A stretch of DNA of 64,000 nucleotides from an uncultured Pelagibacteraceae bacterium (lineage in GTDB: Bacteria > Pseudomonadota > Alphaproteobacteria > Pelagibacterales > Pelagibacteraceae), in NCBI GenBank assembly GCA_902633185.1, contig CACPFN010000006.1, positions 1,530 to 65,529 of the forward strand, read 5' to 3'. Below the pieces are notes generated by a model. It saw only the letters and a list, made by a program, of their open reading frames with translations. It ran no database searches and had not been told where the DNA came from. Positions within the stretch are counted from its first letter, which is position 1. Every line of letters starts with the position of its first letter. This document shows positions 52,487-63,249 of this stretch, in pieces. The position numbers and the translations under genes are program-made.

Positions 52487-55400
52487 TTAATTATCCTGGA
52501 GAGATCTAACTCTTAACTTGGTTGTTTTTAAGGATTTAATTGCTTCTAAGAATGAATAGGCTGTAGACATATTGGTACAATAAGGAATTTTGTTTGCAAG
52601 AGTTCCTCTTCTTAATGCTCTTGCATCACTAATCCTGTGTTCAGAATTTCCACCTCCAGTATTTATTACCAAAGATATTTTTTTGGAATTTAAAACATCT
52701 ACTATATGTGGTCTACCACTGCTTACTTTATTAATTTTTTTACATTTCATTCCATTTTGTTTTAAAATCTCTGAAGTTCCTTTGGTTGCAGAAAGTGTGA
52801 AACCAAGTTTTATTAATCTTTGTGCAACACCGATTATTTCTTGTTTATGCGAGTCTTTTACTGATAAGAATGCCATGCCCTTAGTTGGCAATGAATTTGA
52901 AGCAGCAATTTGACTTTTTGCAACAGCCATTCCAAAATCATCGTCAAAACCCATTACCTCACCAGTAGACTTCATCTCAGGGCCAAGTAATAAATCACTA
53001 TCTGGAAATTTATTGAATGGAAATACTGCTTCCTTTACAGCAAATTTTTTATTGGTTTTATATTTTAATTTATATTTACTTAACTTTTCCCCAGACATTA
53101 TTCTTGATGCAATTTTTGCAAGTGGAATACCATTTGCTTTTGAAACAAAAGGAACAGTTCTGCTTGCTCTAGGATTAACTTCAATGACAAAAATTTCATC
53201 ATTTTTAATTGCGAATTGAATATTTAAAAATCCTTTGACTTTTAAAGCCAAAGCCAATTTTCTTGTTTGTATTTTTAATTCTCTTAAAAGATTCGCTTTT
53301 ATCGATACTGGTGGCAAGCAACAAGCAGAGTCTCCAGAATGAATCCCGGCTTCTTCAATATGTTGCATTATTCCAGCAACATAAACGTCTTTTCCGTCAG
53401 AAATTGCATCTATATCCACTTCCATTGCATTGTCGATAAATTTATCAATTAAGATTGGATTTTGTTCTGATGCTTTGAAGGCCTCATTAATAAATTGTTT
53501 CAATTGACTTTTGTCATGAACAATTTCCATAGCCCTTCCTCCCAAAACATAAGAAGGTCGCACAACTACTGGTAATCCAATTTTTTCAGCAACATTAATA
53601 GCTTGGTTGAATTTGTAGGCTATTCCACTTTCAGCTTGTTTTAATTTAAGCTTTATAAGCAACTCTCTAAATCTGTCTCTATCTTCTGCAAGATCAATCG
53701 ATTTATATTGTGTCCCTAATATAGGTAGTTTATTTTCATCTAAAAATTTAGCTAATTTGATAGGAGTTTGGCCTCCAAATTGCGCAATAATCCCAATTAG
53801 ATTTCCTTTTGATTTTTCTTTTAATATTATATTCTCAACATACTCTTCAATTAAAGGCTCAAAGTATAATCTATCACTTGTATCATAATCTGTAGAAACA
53901 GTTTCCGGGTTACAATTTATCATTATTGTTTCAAAACCTGCTTCTTTTAAAGAAAAGCTAGCCTGACAACAGCAATAATCAAACTCTATACCTTGGCCAA
54001 TTCTATTTGGTCCTCCACCTAAAATTATTATTTTCTTTTTATTGCTTGGCTCAGCTTCGCATTCAGTTTTAATAGAAAAATTTCTTTGATACGTAGAATA
54101 CATATAAGGTGTAAAAGATTTAAATTCAGCAGCACAGGTATCAACTTTCTTAAAAACGGGCATAACTTTTAGCGCTTTTCTCCTTGATTTGATGATTGTT
54201 TCTTTTTGACCAGTCAATTGCGAGATCTTTTTGTCAGAAAAGCCTATCGATTTTATTCTATTAAATTCCTCAAAAGTTTTGGGCAGCCCTTTTGAATTTA
54301 AAATTTTTTCTTCATTAACTATTTCCTTAATTTGATTTAAAAACCAAGGATCTACCTTTGATAATTTACATATAATATCTAAAGAAATTTTTTTTCTAAA
54401 AGCCTCAGCAATCAGAAGCAATTTATTTGGAATATTGATTTTTAAATTTTTCAGTATTTCTTTTTTTGAATAGTTAAAAATATTATCTAATCCTGACAAA
54501 CCAGTTTCAAGTGAAACCAGAGCTTTTTGAAAAGATTCTTTGAAGTTTCTCCCAATTGCCATTGCTTCGCCAACTGATCTCATTGATGTTCCTAAAATTG
54601 CTTCTGTGTCTGAAAATTTTTCAAATGTAAATCTAGGAATTTTTGTTACCACGTAATCAATTGTTGGTTCAAAAGAAGCTGGTGTTACTTTTGTTATTTC
54701 ATTTTGTAGTTCATCTAAAGTGTAACCAACAGCTAATTTTGCAGCCACTTTAGCTATTGGAAATCCTGTTGCTTTTGAAGCTAAAGCAGATGACCTTGAA
54801 ACTCTAGGGTTCATTTCAATAATTACCATCCGTCCATTTTTAGGATTTATAGCAAACTGAACATTGGAACCACCTGTTTCAACACCTATTTTTCTTAAGC
54901 AAGCAATAGATGCATTCCTCATTACTTGATACTCTTTATCTGTCAAAGTTAAAGCTGGAGCTATAGTAACAGAGTCACCCGTGTGAGTTCCCATTGGATC
55001 AACATTTTCTATTGAACAGATAATTATACAATTGTCGTTTTTATCTCTAACAACCTCCATCTCAAATTCTTTCCATCCGTCCAAACATTCTTCAACCAAA
55101 ACTTGATTTTGAGGAGACTCGCTCATTCCCTCTTTAACAATTTTAAAAAAATCTTTTGATGTTCTGGCAATTCCTCCACCTAATCCTCCTAAAGTAAAAG
55201 AAGGTCTAATAATTGCAGGGAGACCAATTTTGTTTAAACATTTTTTCGCGTTTGAAAATTTATTTAGAACTTCTGATTTTGGTAAATCAATACCAATGTC
55301 AGACATATTTTTTCTAAATTTTTTTCTATCTTCTGCATTTGCTATTGCTTTGGATTTTGCTCCAATAAGTTCAATTTTATACTTTTTAAGCAAACCAATT

Positions 55401-55711
55401 TTTTCTGCATTAATTGCAAGATTTAATGCTGTCTGTCCACCCATTGTAGGCAGAATAGCATCAGGCCTCTCTTTTTTGATAACCTCCTCTAGTACTTCCA
55501 GTGAAATTGGTTCGATATAAGTTTTATCAGCAACACCAGGATCTGTCATTATAGTTGCTGGATTTGAATTGATTAATATTACTTTATAACCTTCATCTTT
55601 TAATGCTTTGCATGCTTGTGTTCCTGAATAATCAAATTCACAAGCTTGACCAATAATAATTGGACCAGCTCCAATAACCAAAATTTTTTTAATGTCTTTT
55701 CTTTTTGGCAT
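52487..55711 (-). CDS. carB: Carbamoyl-phosphate synthase large subunit
   Basis: [54 protein letters not shown] domain. Confidence 0.98.
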   Translation of the reverse strand: MPKRKDIKKILVIGAGPIIIGQACEFDYSGTQACKALKDEGYKVILINSNPATIMTDPGVADKTYIEPISLEVLEEVIKKERPDAILPTMGGQTALNLAINAEKIGLLKKYKIELIGAKSKAIANAEDRKKFRKNMSDIGIDLPKSEVLNKFSNAKKCLNKIGLPAIIRPSFTLGGLGGGIARTSKDFFKIVKEGMSESPQNQVLVEECLDGWKEFEMEVVRDKNDNCIIICSIENVDPMGTHTGDSVTIAPALTLTDKEYQVMRNASIACLRKIGVETGGSNVQFAINPKNGRMVIIEMNPRVSRSSALASKATGFPIAKVAAKLAVGYTLDELQNEITKVTPASFEPTIDYVVTKIPRFTFEKFSDTEAILGTSMRSVGEAMAIGRNFKESFQKALVSLETGLSGLDNIFNYSKKEILKNLKINIPNKLLLIAEAFRKKISLDIICKLSKVDPWFLNQIKEIVNEEKILNSKGLPKTFEEFNRIKSIGFSDKKISQLTGQKETIIKSRRKALKVMPVFKKVDTCAAEFKSFTPYMYSTYQRNFSIKTECEAEPSNKKKIIILGGGPNRIGQGIEFDYCCCQASFSLKEAGFETIMINCNPETVSTDYDTSDRLYFEPLIEEYVENIILKEKSKGNLIGIIAQFGGQTPIKLAKFLDENKLPILGTQYKSIDLAEDRDRFRELLIKLKLKQAESGIAYKFNQAINVAEKIGLPVVVRPSYVLGGRAMEIVHDKSQLKQFINEAFKASEQNPILIDKFIDNAMEVDIDAISDGKDVYVAGIMQHIEEAGIHSGDSACCLPPVSIKANLLRELKIQTRKLALALKVKGFLNIQFAIKNDEIFVIEVNPRASRTVPFVSKANGIPLAKIASRIMSGEKLSKYKLKYKTNKKFAVKEAVFPFNKFPDSDLLLGPEMKSTGEVMGFDDDFGMAVAKSQIAASNSLPTKGMAFLSVKDSHKQEIIGVAQRLIKLGFTLSATKGTSEILKQNGMKCKKINKVSSGRPHIVDVLNSKKISLVINTGGGNSEHRISDARALRRGTLANKIPYCTNMSTAYSFLEAIKSLKTTKLRVRSLQDN

Positions 55712-56882
55712 ATTTTTTTATTTCTCTAATAAAGTTACTAAATAAATATTTACTATCTTGTGGTCCAGGATTAGATTCAGGATGATATTGGACTGAGAAA
55801 ACAGGTTTATTTTTTAATCTTATTCCCTCTATTGAATTATCGAACAATGATAGGTGAGTTATTTCTGTATTTTTTTTTAAGCTTTGTTTAATAACTTCAA
55901 ATCCATGATTTTGACTTGTGATTTCAACTTTCTTTGTAATTAAATTTTTTACTGGATGATTTGCACCCCTATGTCCTAATCTCATCTTTTTGGTTTTTGC
56001 ATCTAAAGCTAAAGCTAATATTTGATGACCCAAACATATCCCAAATAATGGGATATTTTTTTTTATTAAATTTTTTACAATTTTAATTGCATACTTTCCT
56101 GTTGCAGCAGGATCCCCAGGACCGTTTGACAAAAAAATTCCATGAGGTTTTAGATTAATTATACTATTTGCATTTTCCTTGCAGGAAACAACTTTAACTT
56201 CGCAATCAAAATCAGAAAAATACCTTAGTATATTTTTTTTAATTCCATAATCTATCGCCACAACCCTAAATTTTTTCTTATTATTTTTTTCATAGCCCTT
56301 ATTTTTTTTCCAAGTCTTATATCCTTTCCAAATATAAGTTTTATTAGTTGTGACCTCTTGAGCAAGATCCATTCCGTTTAAACCAGGCCATTTTATTGAT
56401 TTATTTATTAGTTTATTAATATTAAATTTACCATTTTTACTGTTTGATATTGTTCCCTTTGGAGCCCCTTTATCTCTTATAAAATTTGTTAAACTTCTAG
56501 TATCTAGACCAGTTATGCCTACTATTTTATTTTTTTTAAGCCATTTATCTAAATTTTGTAGTGATCTATAATTAGAAGGACTTGTTATCTCTGAATTAAA
56601 AATAACTCCCTTTGTCCATATTTTATCAGACTCTATATCTTCTTTATTAGTCCCAACGTTTCCAATGTGTGGAAATGTAAAATTTATTATCTGTCCTGCA
56701 TACGATGGATCAGATATAATTTCTTGATAACCAGTTAAAGAGGTATTAAAGCATACCTCTCCGGTTGCTTCTCCTATATGTCCCAGTCCAATTCCTTTAA
56801 AGACTGATTTATTTTCAAGAGCTAAAATAGCTGTGTTAAAATTAGAGAGATGTGAAGTTTTATTTTTTCGTTTTAAAGTCAA
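55689..56882 (-). CDS. carA: Carbamoyl-phosphate synthase small subunit
   Basis: GEVCFNT..TGYQE, SNGPGDP, GICLGHQ, SQNHG, QYHPE; TTG start uncertain. Confidence 0.97.
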   Translation of the reverse strand: MTLKRKNKTSHLSNFNTAILALENKSVFKGIGLGHIGEATGEVCFNTSLTGYQEIISDPSYAGQIINFTFPHIGNVGTNKEDIESDKIWTKGVIFNSEITSPSNYRSLQNLDKWLKKNKIVGITGLDTRSLTNFIRDKGAPKGTISNSKNGKFNINKLINKSIKWPGLNGMDLAQEVTTNKTYIWKGYKTWKKNKGYEKNNKKKFRVVAIDYGIKKNILRYFSDFDCEVKVVSCKENANSIINLKPHGIFLSNGPGDPAATGKYAIKIVKNLIKKNIPLFGICLGHQILALALDAKTKKMRLGHRGANHPVKNLITKKVEITSQNHGFEVIKQSLKKNTEITHLSLFDNSIEGIRLKNKPVFSVQYHPESNPGPQDSKYLFSNFIREIKKYAKKKRH

Positions 56883-57004
56883 TTACAACTCATGAGTTAA
56901 AGGTTAATACAATAAAACGTATTTATCCGCAACAGATCTATAATAAATTTTTAAAAATACAATTTTTTCTTTTGAACAATTTTGTCTATGAAGTACATTC
57001 TAAT

Positions 57005-57466
57005 ATGTCCTTAAGAGATAAAATAGATAACGATTACAAAAATGCTTTAAAATCAAAAGATAAAAATAAGATATCAACTTATAGGTTAATTTTATCTGGA
57101 GTTAAGGACTTAGATATTAGCAACAGATCTGGCCCAAATAAAAAGGAGATAGACGATGAGGATATAAAAAAACTCTTAAAAAAAATGATCAAACAAAGAT
57201 CCGAATCAATTGAAATATATAAAAAAAATGACAGGTCAGATTTATTAGAAATTGAACAAGGGGAGCTTGATGTTTTATCCGAATATTTACCTAAGCAATT
57301 ATCTGAGGCGGATACAAAAAAGATATGTGAAGAAATTATAAAAAGTTCTGGAGCCTCTTCAATTAAGGATATGGGTAAAGTCATGGGTGAATTGAAAAAA
57401 AACCATGCTGATACGATTGATTTTTCGAGGGCAGGTCAGATTATTAAAAATTTACTTAATAGCTAA
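57005..57466 (+). CDS. GatB/YqeY domain protein
   Basis: Likely start MSLRDKI; KQRSESI, YLPKQL, KDMGKVMG. Confidence 0.9.
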   Translation: MSLRDKIDNDYKNALKSKDKNKISTYRLILSGVKDLDISNRSGPNKKEIDDEDIKKLLKKMIKQRSESIEIYKKNDRSDLLEIEQGELDVLSEYLPKQLSEADTKKICEEIIKSSGASSIKDMGKVMGELKKNHADTIDFSRAGQIIKNLLNS

Positions 57467-59241
57467 TGAAATATCCAAAAGAATATTTAGACGAAATTAA
57501 AACTAGATTAAAAGTTTCAACAGTTGTTTCCAAAACTGTTAAACTTAAAAAAAGAGGTAAGGAGTTTGTTGGTTTATCACCTTTTAAAACAGAGAAAACT
57601 CCATCATTTACAGTTAATGATGAAAAAGAATTTTATCATTGTTTTAGCACAAGTGAGCACGGAAATATTTTTGATTTTGTAATGAAAACCCAAAATCTTA
57701 GATTTGGTGAGGCAGTCAAAATGCTTTCAAATCTTGCAGGTATGCAGCCTTATACGTTTTCAAAACAAGATGAGGAAAGAGAGAATAAATGGAAATTATA
57801 TAAATCTATATGTAGTAATTTTTCTGAATTTTATAAAAATGAATTATTTAAAAATGAGAATTCAATTAACGCAAAAAATTATCTTAAATCAAGAGGACTG
57901 TCTGGTGTTGAGGTTAAAAATTTTAATCTTGGTTTTGTAACAGAGGATTTAGATTATTATGAAATTCTAAAAAAAGATTTTGATGAAGAAATTATTAAAG
58001 ATACAGGCCTATTTTATTTTGATGAAAAGAAAAAAAAATATATTTCAAGATTTAGAAACAGAATAATTTTTCCAATAAATAATATATCAGGAAATATAAT
58101 AGGTTTTGGAGGAAGAGTCGTAGACAATAATAAAAATTTAGCTAAATATATTAATTCACCTGAGACACCTTTTTTCAAAAAAGGATCAAACTTATATAAT
58201 CTTGATAAAGCAAGAAAGTTATCAAATAAATTAGAAGATGTTTATTTGGTTGAGGGCTATATGGATGTTATTGGTTTATCAAAAAATGGAATAGAAAATA
58301 CCGTTGCAAATCTAGGAACTGCTTTAACAAGTAAACAAATACAAATTTTAAATCAATTCTATAATCATATAATTATATGCTTCGATGGCGACCAAAGCGG
58401 TTATAAAGCTGCATTGAGAGCTGCAGAGAATATTATCGATGAATTAAAACCTGATAAAAAAATTTCATTCCTACTTTTAGAAGATAATTTAGATCCAGAT
58501 AATTACATAAATAAATTTGGTAAAGATAAATTTTTAGAAATCTCAAATCAAAAATCTATACCTATACATAAATTTATTTTTGAACATTATATAGGTCAAA
58601 CATCTGAAAGTCCTAGCTCGCGAGCAAAATTTGAAAAAAAACTAAGAGAAATTGCATCAAATATTAAAGACAATCTTGTAAAAAAATATACATTAGAGTA
58701 TTTTCTTGAAAAAGTTTCAGAGTTAACTCCAAATATTAATTCAAAATTTAATAAAAATTATAAAATATTTCCAAAATCTCTTGCTAAAACAAAAAGTTAT
58801 TATAATGAGACGAAATCATTAAAATCGTTTGAAATTAAAGAATTTTCATTTTTATATATATTACTCGCTAAACCAAAATTAATTCATGAAAACTTTCATA
58901 TAATAGATAACGTCAAATTATATAGTGATGAGAATAAACAATTATTTGCTGAAATTTTAAACCAATCGGAAAATTTATTAAACCTAGACTTACAAAAATT
59001 AAATGTAGATAAAAATCTAGTTAGCAGAGTTATGAATTATGCTTCAATTAAACATATTATTTCAAAGAACTTAAATAATGATGAAAAAATCTTAGAAATT
59101 CTGACTGAGATTATACAAGATCTTAAAAATTACGAGTTAGAGCAAAGAATATCTGAATTAGAATCGAAGTTTTCAAAAGATATGAGCGAGAGCACATTTA
59201 ATGAGATAAAAGAGTTGAAAAAACAACAAAAAATCAACTAA
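57466..59241 (+). CDS. dnaG: DNA primase
   Basis: GLSPF..EKTPSF, YHCF, FRNRIIFPI, GFGGR, KYINSPET, VEGYMDV, FDGD (TOPRIM), DPD. Confidence 0.96.
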   Translation: MKYPKEYLDEIKTRLKVSTVVSKTVKLKKRGKEFVGLSPFKTEKTPSFTVNDEKEFYHCFSTSEHGNIFDFVMKTQNLRFGEAVKMLSNLAGMQPYTFSKQDEERENKWKLYKSICSNFSEFYKNELFKNENSINAKNYLKSRGLSGVEVKNFNLGFVTEDLDYYEILKKDFDEEIIKDTGLFYFDEKKKKYISRFRNRIIFPINNISGNIIGFGGRVVDNNKNLAKYINSPETPFFKKGSNLYNLDKARKLSNKLEDVYLVEGYMDVIGLSKNGIENTVANLGTALTSKQIQILNQFYNHIIICFDGDQSGYKAALRAAENIIDELKPDKKISFLLLEDNLDPDNYINKFGKDKFLEISNQKSIPIHKFIFEHYIGQTSESPSSRAKFEKKLREIASNIKDNLVKKYTLEYFLEKVSELTPNINSKFNKNYKIFPKSLAKTKSYYNETKSLKSFEIKEFSFLYILLAKPKLIHENFHIIDNVKLYSDENKQLFAEILNQSENLLNLDLQKLNVDKNLVSRVMNYASIKHIISKNLNNDEKILEILTEIIQDLKNYELEQRISELESKFSKDMSESTFNEIKELKKQQKIN

Positions 59242-59307
59242 TTTTTAAAAAAATCACATAGATTTTTTTGTATTAGACATTATATAGGACCTTCAAACTT
59301 TTAAACT

Positions 59308-61134
59308 GTGGAACGAATTATTACAAAATCATTTGCAAGATTAATGGGTCGGGGAATCCATAGAGGATTTATCACTCACGAGGAATTAAACAAATCATTA
59401 GGAAAAAGAAACTTATCTAGTGAAAACCTTTCACAAGCATTTATTCATATTCTTGATGAGAGCATAGTTCTTGTTGAAAAAAAGTCTGATTATAAAATAT
59501 TAAGAAAAAAAGATGCATCTTCTAAAGAAGAAGGTAAAACTCTAGAAAAAAGCGACGATCCTATAAGAATGTACCTCAGAGAGATGGGAGGTGTTGAACT
59601 TTTATCAAGAGAAGGGGAAATAGCAATTGCAAAAAGAATAGAAGCAGGAAAAGACGTAATGCTCAATGCATTGTCTCAAAGTCCTATTACAGCACAACAA
59701 TTTTTTGATTGGGATACCAAACTTCAGAACGATGAAATACTAGTCAGAGAGATAATTGATATTGACACTAATTACATGGATGATGATGAGAGTAATAATG
59801 GTTCGAAACAAAAAAAACAAGATGATGAACAATCTTCTGAAGAAGCGAATAGTTCTGATGACGATGAGTTCAATCCAACTTTGGCTGCAATGGAGACAGA
59901 GATTAAGCCAAAGGTTTTACAAACTGTACATACATTAACCAAAGAATATAATAAACTTATAAAATATCAAAAAGAAAAACTTGAATGTGTATTAGCTTCA
60001 AAGAAATTTTCGTCTTCTAAGGAAAAAAATTATAAAAAGATCGTAGATGATATTCTCGAAAATATTAAATCACTACAATTATCTCCATCAGTATTAGAGG
60101 AATTAGTCCAGAAACATTATTCAGAAAATAAGAAAATAGTTTCGCTTGAGGGAAACCTTCTGAGACTTGCTATTGAGTCAAAAATATCTAGAGATGAATT
60201 TATAAAATTTTATATTGGCAATGAAATTAATCCAAATTTAAAGGAATTTTTAGATACAAACGATGTATGGAAAAAATTTTTTCAAAAAAATAAAAATGAA
60301 TTTAAAAATATTAGAGATAGATTAGTTGAAATAAGTAATAAACTCGGAATTTCTGTTACGGAATATAAGAAACTTGTAAGCCGTGTACAGAAAGGAGAAA
60401 AAGAGTCGAGAATTGCAAAAAAAGAAATGGTTGAAGCGAATTTGAGATTAGTAATTTCAATAGCAAAAAAATACACTAACAGAGGTCTTCAGTTTTTAGA
60501 TTTAATTCAAGAGGGTAATATTGGTTTAATGAAAGCTGTTGATAAATTTGAATATAGAAGAGGATATAAATTTTCAACCTATGCTACTTGGTGGATAAGA
60601 CAAGCAATAACCAGATCTATAGCTGATCAAGCAAGAACAATTAGAATTCCTGTGCACATGATTGAAACTATAAATAAAATTGTGAGAACACAAAGATTAA
60701 TACTCAGTGAATTTGGAAGAGAAGCAACACCAGAAGAACTAGCTAATAAATTACGTATGCCGCTAGAGAAGGTGAGAAAAGTTTTAAAAATTTCAAAAGA
60801 ACCAGTATCTCTTGAGAAACCAGTCGGAGATGAAGAAGATAGTAGTTTAGGAGATTTTATAGAAGATACAAAAGCATTGGCACCACTCGAACAAGCAATT
60901 AAATCTAACTTGAGTGAGGCAACGACTAAAATATTATCGACACTCACTCCTAGAGAAGAGAGAGTTTTAAGAATGAGGTTTGGAGTTGGAATGAATACTG
61001 ACCATACATTAGAGGAAGTTGGTCTACAGTTTTCAGTAACAAGAGAAAGAATTAGACAAATTGAAGCTAAAGCACTGAGAAAATTAAAACACCCAAGTAG
61101 ATCCAAACAATTAAAAAGTTTTCTAGAAAGTTAG
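59308..61134 (+). CDS. rpoD: RNA polymerase sigma factor RpoD (sigma70)
   Basis: [43 protein letters not shown]...[17 protein letters not shown]; GTG start. Confidence 0.97.
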   Translation: MERIITKSFARLMGRGIHRGFITHEELNKSLGKRNLSSENLSQAFIHILDESIVLVEKKSDYKILRKKDASSKEEGKTLEKSDDPIRMYLREMGGVELLSREGEIAIAKRIEAGKDVMLNALSQSPITAQQFFDWDTKLQNDEILVREIIDIDTNYMDDDESNNGSKQKKQDDEQSSEEANSSDDDEFNPTLAAMETEIKPKVLQTVHTLTKEYNKLIKYQKEKLECVLASKKFSSSKEKNYKKIVDDILENIKSLQLSPSVLEELVQKHYSENKKIVSLEGNLLRLAIESKISRDEFIKFYIGNEINPNLKEFLDTNDVWKKFFQKNKNEFKNIRDRLVEISNKLGISVTEYKKLVSRVQKGEKESRIAKKEMVEANLRLVISIAKKYTNRGLQFLDLIQEGNIGLMKAVDKFEYRRGYKFSTYATWWIRQAITRSIADQARTIRIPVHMIETINKIVRTQRLILSEFGREATPEELANKLRMPLEKVRKVLKISKEPVSLEKPVGDEEDSSLGDFIEDTKALAPLEQAIKSNLSEATTKILSTLTPREERVLRMRFGVGMNTDHTLEEVGLQFSVTRERIRQIEAKALRKLKHPSRSKQLKSFLES

Positions 61135-61208
61135 GGCCGTTAGCTCAATAGTAGAGTACTGCATTGACATTGCAGGGGTAGTTGGAGCGTAACCAACACG
61201 GCCCACCA
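61134..61208 (+). tRNA. tRNA-Val(GAC) with non-canonical D/T loops
   Basis: Acceptor GGGCCGT/ACGGCCC, D-arm GCTC-AATAGTA-GAGT, anticodon arm CTGCA-TTGACAT-TGCAG, T-arm GTTGG-AGCGTAA-CCAAC, A73, CCA. Confidence 0.85.
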
Positions 61209-61216
61209 TTTAATAT

Positions 61217-62548
61217 TTAATAAAAAAAAATATAAAGTTTGTAAATTGCCCAAATATTTAAGTGAGGAATAATTAATAGAATATTTTTATTTAAATTTTT
61301 TAATTTATAATTATTAACTTTTGGAAAAATTAAACTAAAAATAATTATTATCGGCAAAAGGTATCTTCCAACTAAACCTTGAATAAAGTTTGTTTGGCCT
61401 GGAGCAGTAAAATAAAGGTATTGTGACAATTGCAGACTCAAGAAAATAGAAATACAGCTAAATAAGATTACAAATGTTCTTAGATTAAAAATATTCAAAT
61501 TATTTAGAAAACTTATCAATATAATTAATGAAATAAATAAGAGATATACATAATAATACAATTTATTAAATAATATATCATTGTGGCCTAAGTGCCCAAT
61601 TACTCCCATCACATATTTTGGAAAATGTATTGCTAAATCTTTAAAAATAATTTCAATATAAATCAAAGGATTTGTTAATAAAAATTTTATTTGTTGAATT
61701 TTATTATTCTCTGATATTTTATCAATTTCATAATTACTTATGTATATACAAATTAAAAAAATAAAAATAATAGAAAAGATATTAAAATATTTAAATTTTG
61801 CTTTTTTAACATATTCTAAAATAAAATAATAAACTACAAAATAAATTGGTAAATAAGGAGGTTTGGTTATTATTAAGATTGTTGAAACCATTAAAATTGA
61901 AAGTAATTTGTAAACATTATATTTTTCAATCATCGAAGAAATTATAGTTATCAATAAAATTGTATAAGATATAAATATTGCATCTTGATTATGCGAACCC
62001 ATAATTGATAACGTCATAGGCAAAAAACAAACTATGATAACTATTTCTCTTGAATTTGAGATTTTTTTTAAACATACAAATATAATTAAACTACAAACAA
62101 ATAAATTAAACAATCTACCAGCGTAAAAAGAATATAAAATTTTATCAGTAAATAATTTGCTGATATTAATTCCAATTTTTTGTGGCCAATAACCTGTAAT
62201 TGGATAATTTTTTAAAGATTGGGTAGTCGCATCAACTATTTCATTATCCCAAAAAAAAAATGATTTAGTATTTAAAATTTCTGACTTCTTAAATTTATAA
62301 TTTTCAGATTTTTTATAAATATAATAATTGAATTTCTCATACTCCGAAAAATCTCTGGCAGACTTGGAAATTTTTAAATCACTATTGAAAAAAACAATTT
62401 CTTTACTTGCGGCTTTATTAAAATGCCCCATTTCATCAGAAACATAAAAAGGAGGTGTTATGATTGCATAAATTGATCCATAAATTAAAAAAAACAAAAG
62501 AAAATAATTTTCTATTTTAAAGATCTTCACAATTGTAAACATATACAA
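61217..62548 (-). CDS. DUF2142-like polytopic membrane protein (putative GT-C glycosyltransferase)
   Basis: TPPF..SDE..H, GRLFNL, KPPY, GRYLLP; many TM segments; markedly AT-richer than its flanks. Confidence 0.7.
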   Translation of the reverse strand: MYMFTIVKIFKIENYFLLFFLIYGSIYAIITPPFYVSDEMGHFNKAASKEIVFFNSDLKISKSARDFSEYEKFNYYIYKKSENYKFKKSEILNTKSFFFWDNEIVDATTQSLKNYPITGYWPQKIGINISKLFTDKILYSFYAGRLFNLFVCSLIIFVCLKKISNSREIVIIVCFLPMTLSIMGSHNQDAIFISYTILLITIISSMIEKYNVYKLLSILMVSTILIITKPPYLPIYFVVYYFILEYVKKAKFKYFNIFSIIFIFLICIYISNYEIDKISENNKIQQIKFLLTNPLIYIEIIFKDLAIHFPKYVMGVIGHLGHNDILFNKLYYYVYLLFISLIILISFLNNLNIFNLRTFVILFSCISIFLSLQLSQYLYFTAPGQTNFIQGLVGRYLLPIIIIFSLIFPKVNNYKLKNLNKNILLIIPHLNIWAIYKLYIFFY

Positions 62549-62587
62549 TAAAAAAACATGATATATAAAAGAAAATGTTAAAATCTC

Positions 62588-62616
62588 TTGATTGATAAAA
62601 CAAATAAAAGTAAAAC
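62588..62616 (+). promoter_or_regulatory. Putative sigma70 promoter for the tRNA(CAT)
   Basis: TTGATT-17 bp-TAAAAC ending 17 nt upstream of the tRNA; the AT-rich context weakens the call. Confidence 0.4.
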
Positions 62617-62633
62617 GTTTTTTTGATTTATCA

Positions 62634-62710
62634 GGGCCTGTAGCTCAGTTGGTTAGAGCAGTACACTCATAATGTATTGGTCCCAGGTTCGAGTCCTGGC
62701 GGGCCCACCA
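62634..62710 (+). tRNA. tRNA with CAT anticodon, most likely tRNA-Ile2 (lysidine)
   Basis: GGGCCTG acceptor, anticodon arm GTACA-CTCATAA-TGTAT, TTCGAGT T-loop, CCA; lacks the initiator C1:A72 mismatch and GGG/CCC anticodon stem. Confidence 0.88.
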
Positions 62711-62786
62711 AATCTAGTAAAATCAAAGTTTATAAATTATAGTTTTTCAATAATTAATTAAAAACTGTATTATCATTATAAATAAA

Positions 62787-63242
62787 ATGAAGCTTAAAAT
62801 AAAAATTAAACCTAAGATATCGTATTATGTTTCAATATTTGTCTCTTTTACTATTCTTCTTTACTTTGCTTATAAAGGTTTTGTTGCATATCTAATTCAT
62901 CGAGAGTTATATGGAGGTGGACTAGATACATTGGTATTGTTGCGTGTATCTATCTCGGGAATAATGCTTCTTTTAATACTTTTATTTATACAGTTTATAA
63001 AAATTCCTGATCTAAAAAGTCATCGTACAATTTTAAGAGGAATATTTATTGGGTGGACAAGTGTTTTTATAATACTTGTAATTGTTAATTTGAGCTCAAT
63101 TTATTTTATTTTATTAACTGGTTTAGTGTCTTTTTTTTCGTTAATTACTTTGTTTAGTTTAGAGGACCAAATTAAAGAGGAAAAAAATACCCTTACAGAA
63201 AAAGAAATTTATCTTCTTCAACAACTTGCAAAAAAAAAGTAG
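62787..63242 (+). CDS. Hypothetical 4-TM membrane protein
   Basis: Four hydrophobic segments and a charged C-terminal tail; no family recognised. Confidence 0.65.
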   Translation: MKLKIKIKPKISYYVSIFVSFTILLYFAYKGFVAYLIHRELYGGGLDTLVLLRVSISGIMLLLILLFIQFIKIPDLKSHRTILRGIFIGWTSVFIILVIVNLSSIYFILLTGLVSFFSLITLFSLEDQIKEEKNTLTEKEIYLLQQLAKKK

Positions 63243-63249
63243 CTCTGTT

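Noticed and set aside
56852-57004. N-terminal extension of YqeY in the ORF track (similar extensions on atpF, uvrC, mutY, CIA30)
   Set aside because: Longest-ORF artefacts; family homology begins at downstream start codons
59247-59269. Inverted repeat AAAAAAATC-acata-GATTTTTTT between dnaG and rpoD as a terminator
   Set aside because: The stem is almost all A/T and weak; likely by chance in this composition, so not called
62634-62710. tRNA-Met or initiator tRNA assignment
   Set aside because: Lacks initiator hallmarks; the acceptor sequence fits Ile2 better, though elongator Met cannot be strictly excluded
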